DNA of 64,000 bases, taken from NCBI GenBank assembly GCA_020137815.1, contig CM035352.1, positions 3,782,001 to 3,846,000 on the forward strand, written 5' to 3'. Shown here piece by piece: positions 20,626-53,272 of the stretch. How positions within the stretch are numbered: position 1 is the first letter of the stretch; every line of letters starts with the position of its first letter. The DNA is from Hormiphora californensis. Taxonomy: Eukaryota; Animalia; Ctenophora. The position numbers and the translations under genes are program-made. Below the pieces are notes generated by a model that ran no database searches, was not told where the DNA came from, and saw nothing but the letters and a program-made list of their open reading frames with translations.

Positions 20626-23115
20626 TTAGGAAACAGGTTTGGGAGATCTAGGTTTGATGGAGATGCCAGCAGGACGGGGTTTGAAGGAGTTAGCAATCCT
20701 GGGGAGAAGGTGAGTCCATTGGAGGTTGACAGTAGGAACTTTATCTGTTCGGTTAATCGCCGGTTGAAGAGTGTGAATAGCCGCTTGTTCCAGTAGATTT
20801 AGACTGAGGCAGGAGGAAGAAGAGGAGAGGATAGAGGTAGAATTCCAGTCCATGGTGTGTCCAGATTCCCGAGCGTGGATAGCAGGAGCAGATTTCATCT
20901 TCCCATCGGTGTTGTAGAGAGAGTTGTTGTAGAAGTTTGATTCGTGTTCCTTAATCCGGGTTTTCACTGGTCGCTTGGTCTGGCCAACGTAGAAAGATGA
21001 GCAGTCGCGGCAGGGAATGGAGTAGATGGAGTTGGGAGTACTATCAGAAGGAGGCGAAGATTTGGTCTGGGTGAGGATGTTCCGTAGGGTAGAAGAGGAA
21101 GAGAAGGTGACATCTATGTTGTAGCGGTTGAGGGTCCGTTTGAGTCGAGAGGAGAGGTCCGGGTGATAGGGTAGGACTACACGGTGGACGAAGGAAGAAG
21201 GAGGACGGGATTTTGACGGTTTGGGGTGTAGAAGGCGGTCCCGAACAGTAGACATCAGAGTGGAGATCTCGTAGGGAGGAAATCCATTGCAGAGACAGAT
21301 GTTGTAGACTGTGTCGAGTTCCTCTTCGAGATGTTGGGGAGAACAGATGTTGTAGGCCCGACGGGTTAAGGATTGGATAACAGAGCGGCGTGTAGAGGCA
21401 GGAGTAGAGGAGTTGTACTTGAGATAGAGGTTGGTATGTGTAGGTTTCCGGTAGACAGAGGTAGAGAGGTCGGGATGGAGAAGGACGTCAAGATAGGGGA
21501 GAAGTCCATCCTTAGGGTGCTCGATGGTGTACTTGAGATCTGGAGCAAGGGAGTTGATGTAGGAGAAGAAAGACTCGGCGTGATCATAATCCCTGGCAGC
21601 TCCTATGGCGTCGTCAACGAAGTGGTTCTAAGATCCCAGTGGGTCGGAGAAGGACTTGAGAGCGTGTTGTTCCTGTTCCGTAACACGAATCTCAGCCAGG
21701 ATAACGGTGAGGGGAGAACCCATCGCTCCTCCGGTACGTTGAGCGTAGAAGTTTCCGTTGAACTCGAAGTAGGCGTTGTCGAGGCAGAAGTCCAAGAGAG
21801 AGCGGATAGTAGAGGGAGTGAGGGGAGTAGGAAGGATATCAGGAGTTTCCTCAAGACGTCTGATAGTGGAGTCCACTGCAGCCCTCATGTCACAGTTTGT
21901 GTACAAGGAGACCACATCCAGAGAGAAGTAGTAGGGAAAAGAGGGAGATTGGCTGGAGCGGAGGCGGTTGACTAGGTCTGTAGAGTCCTTGAGACGGAGG
22001 GAGGAAGCAGCCAAGGGTTTGAGAAGGGAGGATAGGAAGGAGTGGAGAGCAGAGAGAGGGCTGTTGTAGAAGGCGACAATAGGACGGATGGGGGCTCCAG
22101 GTTTGTGGATCTTGGGTTGACCGTACAGTTGAGGATAACGGGGGTTCGTCAGTCTCATCTGTTTCTTCTGCGGCTCAGAGAGTAGCTTCCGGGTCTGTAG
22201 ATCCTTCAGGAGAGCATCCAGTCGGCGGTGTAGAGAGGAGGTAGGATTAGACGGTAGCAGCTCGTAGGCTCCAGCAGAGGAGATGTGGTCGTTCACTTTC
22301 TCGAGATACTGCTCCTCAGCAAGGACAACAGTAGCGTTACCCTTATCGGCGGGCAGGAACCGGAGAGAGGACTTCTTCTCCTGGAGGTCCTTGAGAGCTT
22401 GACGGTGGGGAGTAGAGAGATTGGATCGCCTCGAGGATGGTTGGAAGGAGGACAAGATAGACGAGATCTCGTATGAGGCAGCTGCATCAACTGACTCTCC
22501 AAGTTTCCTCGTTGCTGATTGGAGTAGAGGGGCCAAGCGGGGGATTGGGTCGGTTACGGGAGTAGGGGCAAACTTTAGACCTAAAGATAGGACTTCAGTT
22601 TCAGATTGGGACAGAGGGGTGGAGGATAAATTGATAACGGTTTTGGAAGGGTCAAGGGCGGGGGAGGTAGGGGTGGTGGTTTTGAGAGGGCCACTAATCA
22701 GGGGTTCGGTAATGTAGAAATCACGGAGGAGAGAGTAAGGGTTGAGAGTCGGGGAAGAGTAGAAATCCAGGAGAGTAGAGAACTTCTTGGAGTGTTTGGA
22801 CATCAGGGAGAAGTGGGTAGAGGCGGACTTCTTCGCACAGAGGTTGACAAAGTCGTTCCGAAGGGGGGTAGGAAGGAGTGGGAGGAGGCGGGAGAGAGAT
22901 TCCTTGTAGACACGCTCAGTAGTAGCAAAGCTAGACCGGTAGTGTTTCAGGCGTTCATTGAGAAGGAGGGTAGAAGCCTTGTTAAGGATTGTAGAAGAAC
23001 GGGTAGACTTGATCGGGTTACTGAGGCGCAGTCCCTTGGGGATGAAGTGGTGATCCTTACAGGCTTTTAGAAAGCCTATATGGCAGGAACAGATAGCACG
23101 GCACGAGCACGGCAC
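20626..23115 (-). pseudogene. Penelope-like element ORF (RT plus GIY-YIG endonuclease) with one in-frame TAG at 21628-21630
   Basis: ADKGNATVV, LYGQPKIHKPG, SLDVVSLYTN, GGAMGSPL, then *NHFVDD, LPYLDV, VYRKPTHT in the same frame, continuing into SIYSIPC...FYVGQT...RIKEH; 5' end truncated. Confidence 0.92.
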
Positions 23116-23138
23116 TAATTCTGAACCACTATTGGAGC

Positions 23139-23228
23139 TTGGTTACGAAGTTACCCCTTGCCAGCGTGCGCGAAGGTCGCCCGGCGACCTGAGCTAGGTC
23201 TGAGCTAGAGGGGTTATTTCGTAACCAA
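23139..23228. mobile_element. 90-bp MITE with 9-bp TSD (Mutator-like)
   Basis: TIR ttggttacgaagttacccc / ggggttatttcgtaaccaa; TSD tattggagc at 23130-23138 and 23229-23237. Confidence 0.82.
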
Positions 23229-24599
23229 TATTGGAGCTTGAAATGGCGTGACTAATGTGCTATCATTAGAAGTGACAACTTTTTGTGAATGTGAAAGGAT
23301 GGGGATATTAGTTATTATAATATTAAGCAGGTCTTGCTTGATGTGGTCACACATTTTCTGGTGACTGGTGAAACAGCCCTGGAATGCTTGTGGGTGATTT
23401 GTTTACCAAGGGAAGAGTTGATTAGTAACAATAATATAATTGTTATTTGTTATTCTAACTTTTTGACAAGATTCAGTACTTACTCACTGTGCAGTAATCT
23501 TACTTCCAACCAAATTCCAACTCGAATTATTATTTATAACCCCACCCCTCAATTACTATAGCCAATGAAAAAGCACAGGAATGTAGGGCATTCTCACAGC
23601 GCCCCGACAAGCAGTAATGTGGCCAATTTGGTGTGCGGGGTGGATTTCTCTAAGTTCTCTAAACATGTCCAATTCCTGACATTATCTTCAATTGTGCTGG
23701 GCCTCTATATTCTTTATGGTTTTGTACAGGTAAATTGATAGTGAGTGATGTTTGTTGTAAAAAAGGGGTTGTTATAGATAATAGATTGCTGCAATCGTAT
23801 TGTGATCGGATAATGAAATATATTGTAAAAGATAACATATTGTTGTAAGAATATATTGCGGGGTTGATGTGAGGTGAAGATAAATATTGCATAGCTAACA
23901 CCGCCTGGTACGGTCGTACCATTTAGAGTCCTCCATTTTTATTACCACTCCCCTTTTTTATCCAGGGGAAACCATCCCCTTCAACCCCTCCTCCCCTCCT
24001 TCAACTCCACCATCCTCTGAGTCCCTTGCACCTCCGGAGATTCCCTAGAGACGTCCTCGGGAGATCTCCGGAGGTGCAAGGGAGGCCGTTAGTTGCATTT
24101 TGATCAGCTGCTAAATTGTAAATTTCCAGGAGAAGATATTCCACATACCGGGGTTTAGAAGTCATGGCTGGTACCTGACCTTCCTCCAATTTGTATACGT
24201 TACCTTTATATCGTACATCGACTCACGATGGATATCAAGATCACGGAGAAAAGAAGTGTAAGTTTGTTGTGCTGTTGAGCAATACAATAAGTTTGTAACA
24301 GAGATGTGTGTGTACTGTCAGAGAATTGACCTATTCTAATTTCTTTCCAATAACGCGGAGCTCACATGTGTGTGTATGTGTAACAGCTGTGTGTTTGTGT
24401 GTGCAGCAGTAGTTGGTTTAAAATAGATGGCAACACGCCATAATTCCTGTCCTGCAATTCTTGTTCAAACACTATGAAACAATTCAGGACACCCTACTAC
24501 GAGTTTATGGGTTTAGCATGGCTCACTGTCGGCTCTATTGGTCTCTCCACCGTATCTCTGGGTTTCCTCAACTTTCCCACGCAGGTACACATACACACA

Positions 24600-26020
<1,421 letters not shown>

Positions 26021-26082
26021 TCTCTTAGTCTCATTTCTCATCACACATAACTCATGTTACATTTGCCGGTAGTAGCTTTGCA

Positions 26083-27011
26083 ATGTGTCCATCTTATGCC
26101 GTCGTCTCACCTACCCCCGCTACTACTGGACGATCCCCTCTCCGTTTAACACTTCGCCGTGTTAATGATAATCAACATCGCCGCTGCAGCTCCAGAGATT
26201 GTAATGATGATATCTCTCCACGCACACAGCAGTGCAATAGAGACCTGAGGAGGAGCCCTTCAAATGGGGGGATAATGAACTCCTATCGTCACCGTGTTAA
26301 ACCTTACATCCGATTATCCCCTCCTCCGCTATCCTTTCATCCAAATCCAGTTACTACGACAGATGCTGTTACTACTTCAGATGCTGTTACTACACCAGTT
26401 CCCATTGCTATGGTAGCTGCAGATCCCGTTACTGCACCAAATCCAGTAACTGTTTCAGTTCCAGTTACTGTACCAGATCCCGTTACTACTTCACATCCAT
26501 TTACTGGTTCAGTTCCCGTTAGTACTTCAGATCCCGTTACTACGGCGGCAGATCCAGTTACAGCAGATCATATATCTGATCTCACTCTCAGTTCCCTATC
26601 GACTAAATCAGAGACATTACAGTTAGATGATTCTGTTGTTTCAATTTCCAGAACTGAAGTTACTCGGACTAAAAAACAAGCCGAATTCAATGTGATAAAA
26701 CCTCTCAGAAATAACAAATCTCCATGTGAGCAATCATAAATCTGTCACAGAGATCCCCCACTTTGTAGGACACCAAATCAACTGATAAATTGTTACAGAA
26801 CCTCCTCTATTCAACCTCATCTCTACATGATGGCACCGATTGTGAGGAGTTACAAGAGACAATTTCTAAATACCACGAACTAACAGATCAATTGGACAAA
26901 CTGAATATCACTAAATCAGTGCTTGTTAAAGAAATACAGACAATAGATACTCTCAAAGAGCGATTAGAACGTGAGCCTGACAAGTTTTTGTGTAGCTATA
27001 TTTCAAAATGA
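26083..27011 (+). other. Intronic ORF-like segment (218 aa with DPVT repeats plus a coiled-coil-like 73 aa); possible TE remnant
   Basis: Two close ORFs with degenerate 18-bp repeats; no recognisable domain. Confidence 0.3.
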
Positions 27012-27348
27012 TTTTTACCGACATGAAACAAAACTGGTTTTACTTGTAACTAGTTAGATTTAGAAGTTTGTATCCTGGTAGAGTGCTCGATCCGGGGATG
27101 CGGAGAGCTGAACTATTGTGACAAGTGACACAAAAAATTTACTTGTCACAATAGTTTTATTTGTAACTAATCTTTCTATCATTATAATACACCATACAGT
27201 CAAATCTCGATTATGGTAGTAAGGGGGTTGAAACATCGGAAGATAATGAGTAAACACACATCATGAGCGTGTGCCGTGTGTGTGTTTACTCAAACCTCGA
27301 TCATGTTATACCGGAATTCTAAGGGGAAGGATTTTTGTTAATCAAAAA

Positions 27349-28097
27349 TTTTTTCCCTGCCCGGGTGATTGCCGAAGGCAATCACCCGGGATGATCTTTT
27401 TAGCACGCACGTGCTAAAAAGATCATTCAGGGTTTAGAAATCAGCAGATTGTGTAGTTAACTAAAAGTGTCCGTCCGTCCGTCCGTCCGTCACGGACAAC
27501 GCCTAACAACAAGTCTGCTCCTTCATAAAACTTTCATCTCACGCTTCGTTGATTCAACAAAGGAAATGATTAACACACATGTGGCGCACAATTACTCGCT
27601 GATAGCACTTCCCACTATCACCTGAAATCACTTTGTGCGCCCTACAGCCATGCTATGAAGTGATAGAACGTCTTCCAAGCATGAAACTACTGTCACACTC
27701 TGTCTGGCGCCGCGACCCATCTGAGCGCACTGTCGCCCAATTTGAGAATCAAATGGGGTATGGCGCCGCCATACAGGTCACACTAGTGAATCGAGTTGAG
27801 ATGCGGTTAAAGTTGAAGCACTTGGTAACCAACTGGGGTCTCCTAAGCAACTGCCTTGGTTGCCATAGCAACTGCCTTGATTGCCATAGCAACTGCCCTG
27901 GTTACCATAGCAACTGCTTTGGTTACCATAGCAACTTACCTAGTTACCTTAGTAACCAACATCGCATCAGCCAAAAAATGCTCTTTGAGCACAAAATTCA
28001 TCAGGAAATCCAGTTTTGAAGCTTATTCATCAACTTTAAATCCATTTGTGGCAGGGAAACACCGCATTATGAATACATAATGCAATAATTCTTGTTT
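27349..28097 (+). mobile_element. Helentron-associated non-autonomous element (HINE/DINE-1-like)
   Basis: 5' subTIR tttccctgcc with matching ggcagggaaa at 28050; (GTCC)n at 27468-27491; 3' stem-loop gcattatg-aata-cataatgc; T-rich ends; internal 21-bp repeats at 27846-27935. Confidence 0.75.
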
Positions 28098-28117
28098 CCA
28101 GTAAATCGAGGTTCCGG

Positions 28118-28226
28118 CGGGAACCGACCGAATCAGGAAATACTGGTCCCTGATTGGCTGATAACCAGTCACGTGACCTAAATAACGAGTTCTGATTGGT
28201 TGTTTACTTGTTTCGGTCGGTTCCTG
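28118..28226 (-). mobile_element. 109-bp hAT-type MITE, copy 1
   Basis: Reverse complement of the 33414 copy; TSD not evident. Confidence 0.88.
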
Positions 28227-30879
28227 GACTACATACATGTTCCACTGTGTGTGTATTGTCTTACTTGGCACGCACATGTTGTATACACCTCTACTAGTGT
28301 TAACCGGAACTATACAACAATAAGCTAGGTGTGGCACACAGCATGTGAGTGTTTGTTATGTGTGTCACAATGTGACACTGTCACATACAAAGGTGATCTC
28401 GTTCTGAATAATTGTTATGGTATATAATGGTTCTGAACAAGACCAAATATAACCAATAATGGTATTGCCGAGCTTCAACAAATACATAAATGTTGTCACA
28501 TCTGCTTTCACTGCCCCCCCCTAAAATTATTCTATTATGCGGCCAAGTAAACCTCCCCTTCTCTCTACCTATCTCTCTCTCTCTATCTATCAAGTAAACC
28601 TCCCCTTCTCCCACAGGTAAAAGGTACAGGTTTCACGAGTATTTGGCGGTGTTCCTAATGTGTACAGGACTTGTTGGATTCTCCCTCGCAGACCAAACCG
28701 TCTCACCAGAATTCGACTCAAAAGGTACCTACCTTAGATGTGGTAGTTATTCGCTGAGATACAAAGATGCTTGTTAATTTCTAACCCTTACAATATTTGA
28801 AAGAGAGGGTTGAGCTTGGGCGGCATTGTTCCCCAACAAAAGTGTGTTGTGTTGTGTCATTGTGTTGTTGCCATCCCTTCTTTCAATATAGCTCTATGTA
28901 CTTTCTACCATGAAAACAAAAAGGCATAATTGCCCCCCCCCCCTTTGTAAATGTTCATACCAATCCTTTTTATTCAAACACCATTTCTAGTTTTAGAAAA
29001 ATATATACAATGTTCGTCAATCTCTGTATCGACAACATATCCACTCATTTCTTACCCATTAAATTGCAATACTAGACTTTTAGAACGAAAACGCCTAATA
29101 AGATTTAAGATTCGATCTCTCGGTAAGAGCGTATGTTCTGTCCAATAATACATGTCACGTAATGACAAACTGACATACTGACGTACTGACAAACTCACCT
29201 AACCTTTCAAGCAAGATGCTTCCCCCAAATACCAAGCACAACTCAGTACCCTATAATGTATCTTTATTAAAATTTGTTAATTCTCCCCTGATATCCATAT
29301 CATACCTCCCTCCCTCTCTCCATAACTAAATCCTCTGTATACTTTTAACTTTTTCACACACGGACTTCCAAAGCTCGACGTGTCCTCTGGACACACTGCG
29401 TGCTGTGAGGCTTCAGGGAGGGAGCGCGCGGAGTGTTTTAGTTAGACCACCGCGCGCACCAATACACAGAGCGTGGGAAAAAACTCACTAACCTTTTCCC
29501 ACGATCTGCAGCAGCAGCATTGATCAAAATTATACTTACCAATTCATCCCCACAGGAATTATTTTGATATGTATGGCGCTCTGCGTTGATGCCATATTTG
29601 GTAATTACCAAGAGAAACTGATGAAGAAATATCCCTGGTATACGAATGCAGACATCACATTTTACTCCTACTCCTTTGGAACATTCCTCATTTTAACCTG
29701 GCTTATCTGTAAGTTGCAAAACAGTTTTGCTGTCTCAATAAGATTTCATGTTTTTACCTCAATAACTCCACCCCCTCCCTCTCCCACAGCGACGGGCCAG
29801 CTACTTCCAAGTATTTCCTTTAGCCGAGAACACCACCAAGTGTACCCCTTGGCCATGCTCTACTCGACTCTTGGGTACCTGGGATTACAGTGTGTCCTGG
29901 GACTCATAAAATCTTCCGGGGTCCTTATATGTACTATTGGTGAGTGGCAGTGTCAGCGGGGTATGTAAGAGGGGTGCACATGATGTAATTTTCTCTTTCT
30001 CGCTGTCTCTTTCTCCCTCTCTCCGGGAGAGACTCTCCCCCACTTGTGTCTACATTATGTGCATTACATACTACATATGCAGCGTTTCCCTCCCAAACCT
30101 CACAAGAAATGTGAGTCTAACACAACTCTCTCTCTCTCTCCAACAGTTACCACTATGAGGAAGGTCCTGACGCTAGTTCTCTCCTTCATTTTCTTCGCCA
30201 AGCCATTCTGTTTCCAATATGTATGGAGTGGAGGTCTGGTGATTTTAGGAATAGGTAAGAGCTACTTTTTACATCTCTTGGTATCGCTATCATTCACTTT
30301 CTACCTCGAATCAATAAGAGTTGATCTATGATTTTTCGATGGATATATTCCTATAAAATAAATCAAACCTAATTCCCTATTTTCACCAGGTATAAATGTG
30401 TATACTCGGAACAAGCCCTGCAATTCACATGAGCATGGCAGCCTGGATCACGGAGCTTCAAAAGATTCCTTAACTCCCACTACACTCCTATCTCAGACTC
30501 TGAAAGGACAATACAGCAAGTGTAGCGCTGCTTTTAACATGTATCTGTGTGTGCGTGTCAAGTGTATTTTTTTTTCATAAGGATTGGGTATGTAGAAATA
30601 TGTTCAAACATATAAATGTACTAATATCACACACATTGAATTATGCACGATTTAGTGTACATAACTTATTATGTTCGTACTGCTGTAACGGTGAGATTAA
30701 TATTTTAGTTAATAATGTCAAGAGAGACTTTTGAAATCGAGCTAGTTTTATTTTCCAAACCTTATAGATCGCGGTATATTATTTTATTTTTCAATGAGAT
30801 AGTGCTATCATGTTGATGAATTATAGTTTCCCAAATACAAGTACATACAACTTGTGCGGAGAACGTACGTTGTAAGGTA

Positions 30880-31047
30880 CAGTCGGACCCCGATTTAGTG
30901 GCATCCTCGGGGGAAAAAATCCTGCCACTAAATCGGGGTGCCACTAAATCGGGGTCAAATAATGTTAATTTCCTATATCGGGGAAAAAAATCCTGCCACT
31001 AAAACGGGTGCCACTAAATCGGGGGCCACTAAATCGGGGTCCGACTG
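30880..31047. mobile_element. Tc1/mariner-pogo-type MITE
   Basis: ta|cagtcggaccccgatttagtggc ... gccactaaatcggggtccgactg|ta; related fragment at about 59905-60003. Confidence 0.85.
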
Positions 31048-31321
31048 TATTACCAAATACCAGGTGAAATGTGTGAAATGTGAAATATTCTAAAAAAGCG
31101 GAAATCTATAATACAGTTTGATATTGTGTCTGGTTATGTACATTATATTCACAATTTAACAATTCTCTAAACCACAAAACTTAAATCTTTTACTTTGATA
31201 AATGATTAAATCTAGGTTCTAAAAAGCTAATTTATCTCCTAAAAATAATAAAATTCCTACATCCTAGAGCTAGAATTGGTCAGTCCTAATTTACCACATA
31301 TTGAGCCGCATGTGATCCTGC

Positions 31322-39714
<8,393 letters not shown>

Positions 39715-40422
39715 GTCACCTTTAAAAAAGGGGGTGGTGAGAATTGACAAGAGGTAGGGATACTGTTCGAGAATTCACTGAGTTTTCTTCAGCTTGAAAG
39801 AAGGGATATGGTCAGAGTTCATTTTGAGGGTACACCGAGGGAAGTTTTTAGGAAACTTTAGGGCAATCTTTGAATGTTTGAAGTCCGGAGTCCCCTTGGC
39901 ATACCCACGAATATGTGATTTCAACCCCATGGCTGATGCACATTTCCCTCGGTGTAGCTTGAATGAGGGGGTGGTAAGAATACAAAAAAGAGGCCAGGTA
40001 GGATATCCGGCAAGCCAATCTGATGTTTGAGTAGCAAAAACACGTGTGGAGCTCAGTATTCTAAACAAACAGAATTAAATACCATGAACTTTTGTTTAGA
40101 AGTAGATAAGAAGCTTTCAACATAATTAGAAAAACAGGTGGTAGTATACGTTGTACAAGCACACTAAACGGATGGGATCGGTAGTGGCACTAGTGTTTTT
40201 GTTGCAGCACCAATATTATTTTAGGCCCTTTGGTGATCTTGTTCACACGGTGTAATAATAAAAACATTGCCACTGGATGTCGGATGACAGTGTCAAATTT
40301 AAATGATTTAATCGATAACTGTGCTAACTGGGAGTTCAATCATTCAACCTGTTATACTAATTTCCATATTTTAACTTATGCAATACCCATTTACTTTTCT
40401 CTCTCTCTCTCAACTTCTCTCA

Positions 40423-40469
<47 letters not shown>

Positions 40470-40719
40470 TCTCTCTACCACTTCCCCACTCCATGCAGTG
40501 GAATGATGGCCTAGACGCAAAAAACAACAATGACCAACACTCGCCCGACTCTCCCAAGAAGAGAGAGAGACATCACTGAAACAGCAGTTTGCACCAAATG
40601 GTCCAGAGCAAACATATGTATCCTGGAAACACGTGATATTATCTGCAATGTCGGTACCAGCTCCGCACTTAACTTAAACTCCTTGCTGGGAATACTGGTC
40701 TTATCTAGTGACTAGCTGG

Positions 40720-40828
40720 CAGGAACCGACCGAATTAAGTAAACAACCAATCAGAACTCGTTATTTAGGTCACGTGACTGGTTATCAGCCAATCAGGGAG
40801 CAGTATTTCCTGATTCGTTCGGTTCCTG
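40720..40828 (+). mobile_element. 109-bp hAT-type MITE, copy 3
   Basis: Same sequence; 8-bp TSD ctagctgg. Confidence 0.92.
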
Positions 40829-41093
40829 CTAGCTGGTAACTCACTATCTTAGTCTTGCAACAAACAGGGAGTCAGAGTGGCTCGTCATTGATAACATGCC
40901 AATATGACAACACAGCGAAGGCCTATACAGTATACAACTCCAACTGCTATGCCATAGCCAGGCTATCTAGCCCCCTTCCCCACTCTCTCTGTCAGTATAG
41001 GACGTGTAAGCCAAGTAGCTCATAACATGACAATACAACGAAGGCGACTAGGCCTCTACAACTAATATAGACCTCCAAATGCTATGGACAGTC

Positions 41094-41434
<341 letters not shown>

Positions 41435-42531
41435 AAGTGAAAGATGTACAAACAAAAAGGGCCACTGCAGCAGATCGGAGCTTGTGTGGCTCACACCGAC
41501 CTAGACAAAACATACTACAGGAGTGCAACAAAAGAATTCGAGCTCCGGAAGTTGCCGTGGCCTGGGACACAATATAACGGGTCAAAGGAATATAACGGGG
41601 GGGGGGCAGCATGGCTTGTACAACTATTAAGATGAAATATCTGAGTTAGTCAATTATTATAGATCGCTCTTACGAATATCAAATATGACAAGTCATATTT
41701 TGGCCGTTATTGTTTTTGAATGACCCGTTCATATGTGGTTCTCACTTCTCCTATTTACCAACACCATGTCTTGTTTATGAATACAGACATGTCCTGACCA
41801 GACAAGACCAACTTACAAAAAAGTATCCGGGTAACATAGGTAAACTAGGTAACCTAGGTAACCTAGGTAACCTAGAGGTTCAAAGGAAAACACGTTGGAT
41901 ATGATGGGTATCAAATAGTGATGATTTCAAATGATACATAAGTTAAATAAGGGTTTAGTAAAAATCAGTAGAAAAAGAACAGAGAAAAATGTGTGACATA
42001 TGCAGCAGCTGCTAGCAGCAGAACCATAGTACTTATCTCACTCAGCCACTATATGAATACACTAACTTACAAAATTGAAGTGACTTTTCAAGTTGTATAG
42101 GTACCAAAAAGAAGCATATATAGATCAAGAAAACCCAATGCAGCCAGGTTGTTCTACCACTGGTATGCATAAAATCTTGTAATGATCTAGTTTTATGTTC
42201 CCAAAATAATGTCATTATAAACTATCAAACTTCTATCATATAACTTATTATAAGGACTCTTTACCAAATTGTCAAATTTCTACACAAATTAGCATGTTTT
42301 TCGATAAAATTTCCCACACTTATACTCAGTCAAACTCTACCAACAACAATTTCAGTCACATACTAAAACCTCTCTATCGCTTTATATTTAGTAGTTGTGA
42401 TTGTCAAAATAGTCAATATATCGTCCACACAATCGCTACTCAGTCAAAAGGCCTAGACTCATTCACATATACCGCATATATGGCCAGCATACAAGACACG
42501 GACAAACTGCAGCTCACAGTTGTATATTTGG

Positions 42532-42640
42532 CAGGAATCGACCGAAACAAGTAAACAACCAATCAGAACTCGTTATTTCGGTCACGTGACTGGTTATCAG
42601 CCAATCAGGGACCAGTATTTCCTGATTCGGTCGGTTCCTG
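42532..42640 (+). mobile_element. 109-bp hAT-type MITE, copy 4
   Basis: Same sequence; 8-bp TSD atatttgg. Confidence 0.92.
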
Positions 42641-42875
42641 ATATTTGGCTCACAAGATTTACGTGTAGATCCTATATTGCAGCACTACTTCAAGTACTGT
42701 CAGGCCAATTATACTCTACAAGCACCAATTTCTGACCTCAATTTCTGAATGTCTGGGAAGCTTCAGCACACACAATCACACAACGTATATAAAACACAAA
42801 CTCTCTCAGATCACGTGATCACACCGCTAATCATGATCAACATGGTGCGGTGTGGTAACTATGGCAACCATGTGT

Positions 42876-51825
<8,950 letters not shown>

Positions 51826-52430
51826 CTAGATCAGACTACTACTACCAGAGGGAGGGAGATGGTTTAGGGAGGGAGATGGTATAGACTACTACTATCATAT
51901 GGTGAGGGAGAGATCAGATGGTTTAGAAAAACTATAAAAACGGCGACTTGAAGAATGAAGATGGGTGTCGTATAACAAGTTACTGCAAGACAAGTAACAA
52001 GAAGTAAGTTGGGTTACTAAACAACTTCAATTGTTATTCCAAAAGAAACATAGTCCCCATCGTACAAATTCTATAAGCTCAGCAGCTCTATTAATACACT
52101 GCACAAAGAAATGCAAGTTAAATACAGCCCGGGATGGAGGAGGGTCGCTGCGTGGTTGATCTCTTTAAACATCTCGCACGACACACACACATGTGTAAAG
52201 TAGGTGGGGCCTTATGACGACATGCGCTTGTTGAACGGAGCTCTAGCTTGCAGCATCACAATAACAACCCTAGCATATATCTAGCTGGAAATGTTTAAAA
52301 TTAATGAGAGAGATAGAGATGTGGAATCCACATTGAGGATTGTATCAAAAAAAAACTCAGGTCATGGTGTGAGCTGAACTGTGAAATATAGATGGAGGGT
52401 GTGGAGGTAGGTGCAGTACTTGGGATCAGA

Positions 52431-52582
<152 letters not shown>

Positions 52583-53156
52583 GCAAGTGACCTCTATATA
52601 TCAACTACTCAAAGTGAAGGCCGCGATAGATCACTGACCGAGCTGCTAGAGCCACTGCTGCGGTACTCAAGCAAAAACTTTAGCTTTTTGACCGTTCAAC
52701 CACACCTATTATAACGCTCTCGAACTATTATAATGGAGGGATCGCATGGAGATAACTATATAGTACTGGAGAGAGAGAGGTCGACAATTTGTTTCAATAT
52801 TGTAACTAATCTAATACAAGAGTCGGGTCTGGGTGACGTGAAGGAGATATAGCTTTAGTGATGCGTGGGGAAAACAATTGTTCAAGCTGCGTTCCGCAGG
52901 AATTCCAGTGATTCCACCCGCTTAGTTACATGGATTCTAACAACCCTCGTTATACCTTAGACACCTATTATACCAGCGTCCTAGCTCAATAGTCAATATT
53001 CATTTTATATTCGATCTATATAATGGTGTGTCTATACTATAACGCGCCGGCACATGGTTTAGATTTGCAGCTTCAGTCGAGTATTGTATAGTAGTTTAGT
53101 CCCATCCTCTCAGATTTCCTAAAACTTTGTAACCATGTCGTTACCGAATTATATGT

Positions 53157-53272
53157 AGCTTCATTCTTCACTCCATATGAAGTCGTTAGTATTATAAGCG
53201 GAGGGGGTAGTTAAACTACCCCCTCCGCTTATATAATAATACTAACAACTTCATATAGTGGAAGAATAGCTT
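53157..53272. repeat. Imperfect palindrome of about 115 bp
   Basis: tataagcggagggggtagtt-a-aactaccccctccgcttata core with extended arms (atatgaagt...acttcatat). Confidence 0.8.
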
